From: Candidatus Bipolaricaulia bacterium
GTDB lineage: Bacteria; Bipolaricaulota; Bipolaricaulia; RBG-16-55-9
Length of the DNA: 10,204 nt
Assembly (NCBI GenBank): GCA_042219045.1
Contig: JBDGQO010000010.1
Location: 21,881-32,084, forward strand
Direction: 5' to 3'
Shown here: positions 8,442 to 10,204 of the stretch, in pieces
Layout of the letters: every line of letters starts with the position of its first letter
How positions within the stretch are numbered: position 1 is the first letter of the stretch
The notes under the pieces: generated by a model
The model's input: the letters and a program-made list of their open reading frames with translations, nothing else
Database searches by the model: none
Told to the model about the DNA's origin: nothing
Made by a program: the position numbers and the translations under genes

Positions 8442-9539
8442 TCAGCCATCGAACGGGCGCTGGAACTCGCGCAGGACCGTCGTCGCGTACGCCCCCTTGG
8501 GCAGCGCAAAGGAAAAGCGCAGGCCGTCGGGATGGGCCTCAACCTCCAGGTCGTGCGGGACGATGCGGGCTCGGCGGCGGGTGCCCTTGAGCTGGGCCTG
8601 GGCCCAATGCCGATCCGTGATGCCCTCCTCGGCCACCACGCGGGCCTCAAGCTCGCCCGGGTCGCCGCGCGCCCACCAGAGTCTATGCCCGTAGATCGGG
8701 CCCGTGTACGTGATCTCGTCTCGGTCGAATCGGGGCCGCTCCTGGTCGAGGTCGTCGACGTTGAACAGCCCGCCGGTGTCCGTCTTCTTGGCGACGTCGC
8801 CGATGTGAATTTCGGCGAACCAACCCAGACGAATCCGCTCGGCCAGCCACCGATTGAACAGCCAGGACTGATACGCCGACATGAGGAACCGCCGAATCCA
8901 GCGGCCGCGCTTTTCGCGCTGTCCCAGCAGGATCTCGCGCCCATGGCGGGCGTTTTCGCAATCCTCGCCCAACCGCTGGGTGCCGAAATAGTTGGGCAAT
9001 CCGCGCTGGCGCAGCGCCCTGGCGATCGACTGAGCCCGATCCAAAGCACTCTGGGGCCCATCCGGGTTCAACAGGGTGATCGCAAAGCGATTGCCGATCA
9101 GGTGGCCGCGGCGGATTTTGTTGGCATGGCGCGTGGCCCACTCGACGGTGACGCCCAGTTCGGTCTGAATACCCTCGGCCACCTCGTCCGGATCCGCCTC
9201 TAGCAGGTGGAGGGAAAACGTCTGGGTGGCCCGGGCGTGTTTGTCTTTTAATCCAGCACAGCCCAGGTGGTTGTTCTTGAGATCGAACAAGTCGGCGATT
9301 TCGCGCTGCAGCTCTCGGGTCGTCCAGCCCTCGCGCGTCACGCTGACGTAGACGTGCTCGCCCTCGCCCGTGGGCGCATAGAGCGGGATCTCCTCCACGA
9401 CGAAGTGCGCCGGCTCGACCTTCAGGTCGCCGCCGATGCCTGCGAGATCTGGCGTGATCAGCGGCCAGTCCTCCGGATCGTGGTAGATCGGGGCCCGATT
9501 CACCTTGGGGCGGTTGACGGATTCGTTGTCGACGGGCAT
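8442..9539 (-). CDS. truD: tRNA pseudouridine(13) synthase TruD, ~365 aa
   Basis: Motifs HFVVEE, GEGEH, AGLKDKHARATQ (catalytic Asp), GHLIGNRFAI, PNYFGTQRLG, SAYQSWLFN, TGP, GTRR, FSFALPKGAYATTVLRE. Start ATG 9539 chosen because the track's extension to 9824 overlaps the divergent HAD gene. Confidence 0.96.
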   Translation of the reverse strand: MPVDNESVNRPKVNRAPIYHDPEDWPLITPDLAGIGGDLKVEPAHFVVEEIPLYAPTGEGEHVYVSVTREGWTTRELQREIADLFDLKNNHLGCAGLKDKHARATQTFSLHLLEADPDEVAEGIQTELGVTVEWATRHANKIRRGHLIGNRFAITLLNPDGPQSALDRAQSIARALRQRGLPNYFGTQRLGEDCENARHGREILLGQREKRGRWIRRFLMSAYQSWLFNRWLAERIRLGWFAEIHIGDVAKKTDTGGLFNVDDLDQERPRFDRDEITYTGPIYGHRLWWARGDPGELEARVVAEEGITDRHWAQAQLKGTRRRARIVPHDLEVEAHPDGLRFSFALPKGAYATTVLREFQRPFDG

Positions 9540-9547
9540 GATGGGCC

Positions 9548-9553
9548 ATCTTA
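9548..9553 (-). promoter_or_regulatory. Putative -10 element for truD
   Basis: Minus strand TAAGAT followed by 8 nt and ATG 9539; no Shine-Dalgarno and no clear -35. Confidence 0.4.
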
Positions 9554-9575
9554 CGGCAAAAAGAGGCATGCTGCC

Positions 9576-10204
9576 ATGACGTCGATCGCGCCCCATCGCT
9601 ATCGTGGCTTTATCGTCGACATCGACGGCGTGCTGGTGCGAGGCTCGAAGGTGATCCCAGGCGCAGTTAGAGCACTCCACGCGCTGGCGGAGCGGGAACC
9701 GCTGGTGCTGTTGTCCAACAACGCCACGCGCTCGCGTCGGGCCATTGCCGAGCGCCTCCAAGCGCACGGCTTCGCCGTCGACCCGAGCAACGTCGTCAAC
9801 AGCGCGTTCATCGTCGCCCAGCATCTACATCAGGCGCTGGGCCCCTCGTCGGTCTTTATCATCGGCGAATCGGGGTTGCGGGAGGAATTGACCGCGGCGG
9901 GCCACACGCTCGTCGATCCCGACGATGCTGACGTCGTCGTTACCGGCATGGATCGCGAGCTGACCTACGACAAGCTGGCCGACGGGCTCCGCGCGCTCAA
10001 CGGGGGCGCGCGCTACATCGCCACCAACACGGACCCGACGTTTCCCACGCCCGAGGGACCGACGCCAGGGGCGGGCGCGATCGTCGGGGCCCTGCGGGGC
10101 ATGGACCATCCGCCTGAGCAAATCGTCGGGAAGCCCTCGTCGGTCGCCTTCGAGGTTGCGTTGGAGACGCTCGGCGTTCGCGAACCGAGCTCCTGCCTCG
10201 TCAT
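9576..10204 (+). CDS. HAD-superfamily subfamily IIA phosphatase (NagD-like), 3' end outside window
   Basis: Manual translation MTSIAPHRYRGFIVDIDGVL...IPGA...LSNNATRS...IGESGL...VVTGMDRELTYDKL...YIATNTDPTFPTPEGPTPGAGAIV...IVGKP shows motif I DxDG, motif II SNN and motif III GKP. AAGAGG at 9561-9566. Absent from the ORF track. Confidence 0.95.
   Translation, partial: MTSIAPHRYRGFIVDIDGVLVRGSKVIPGAVRALHALAEREPLVLLSNNATRSRRAIAERLQAHGFAVDPSNVVNSAFIVAQHLHQALGPSSVFIIGESGLREELTAAGHTLVDPDDADVVVTGMDRELTYDKLADGLRALNGGARYIATNTDPTFPTPEGPTPGAGAIVGALRGMDHPPEQIVGKPSSVAFEVALETLGVREPSSCLV

Noticed and set aside
9540..9824. 95-aa N-terminal extension of TruD in the ORF track
   Set aside because: It overlaps the clear HAD-IIA gene on the opposite strand, and TruD similarity begins only after ATG 9539.

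Overview
High-GC bacterial chromosomal window. The left end carries the 5' part of a secreted FG-GAP/VCBS-repeat (beta-propeller) gene on the minus strand, which the ORF track misses and which runs off the window. An ~830-bp apparently non-coding stretch (1094-1924) follows. It holds a ~144-nt inverted-repeat-closed structured element I cannot assign to a known family, a lower-GC sigma70-like promoter and a palindrome. Next come the orphan 3' remnant of a DASS/SLC13 transporter, a hypothetical exported 164-aa protein and a DUF2905 membrane protein (all +). A minus-strand run, in transcription order, is truD, ABC ATPase, FtsX/MacB-type double permease, AttH/CrtC lipocalin-like protein, and a YitT-family membrane protein. 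A divergent NagD-like HAD-IIA phosphatase runs off the right end. No CRISPR, tRNA, rRNA or transposase was seen. The best leads are the structured element at 1283-1426 and the strictly repeated C-x10-12-C pair in every FG-GAP repeat. All family calls come from motif recognition by eye, not database searches.
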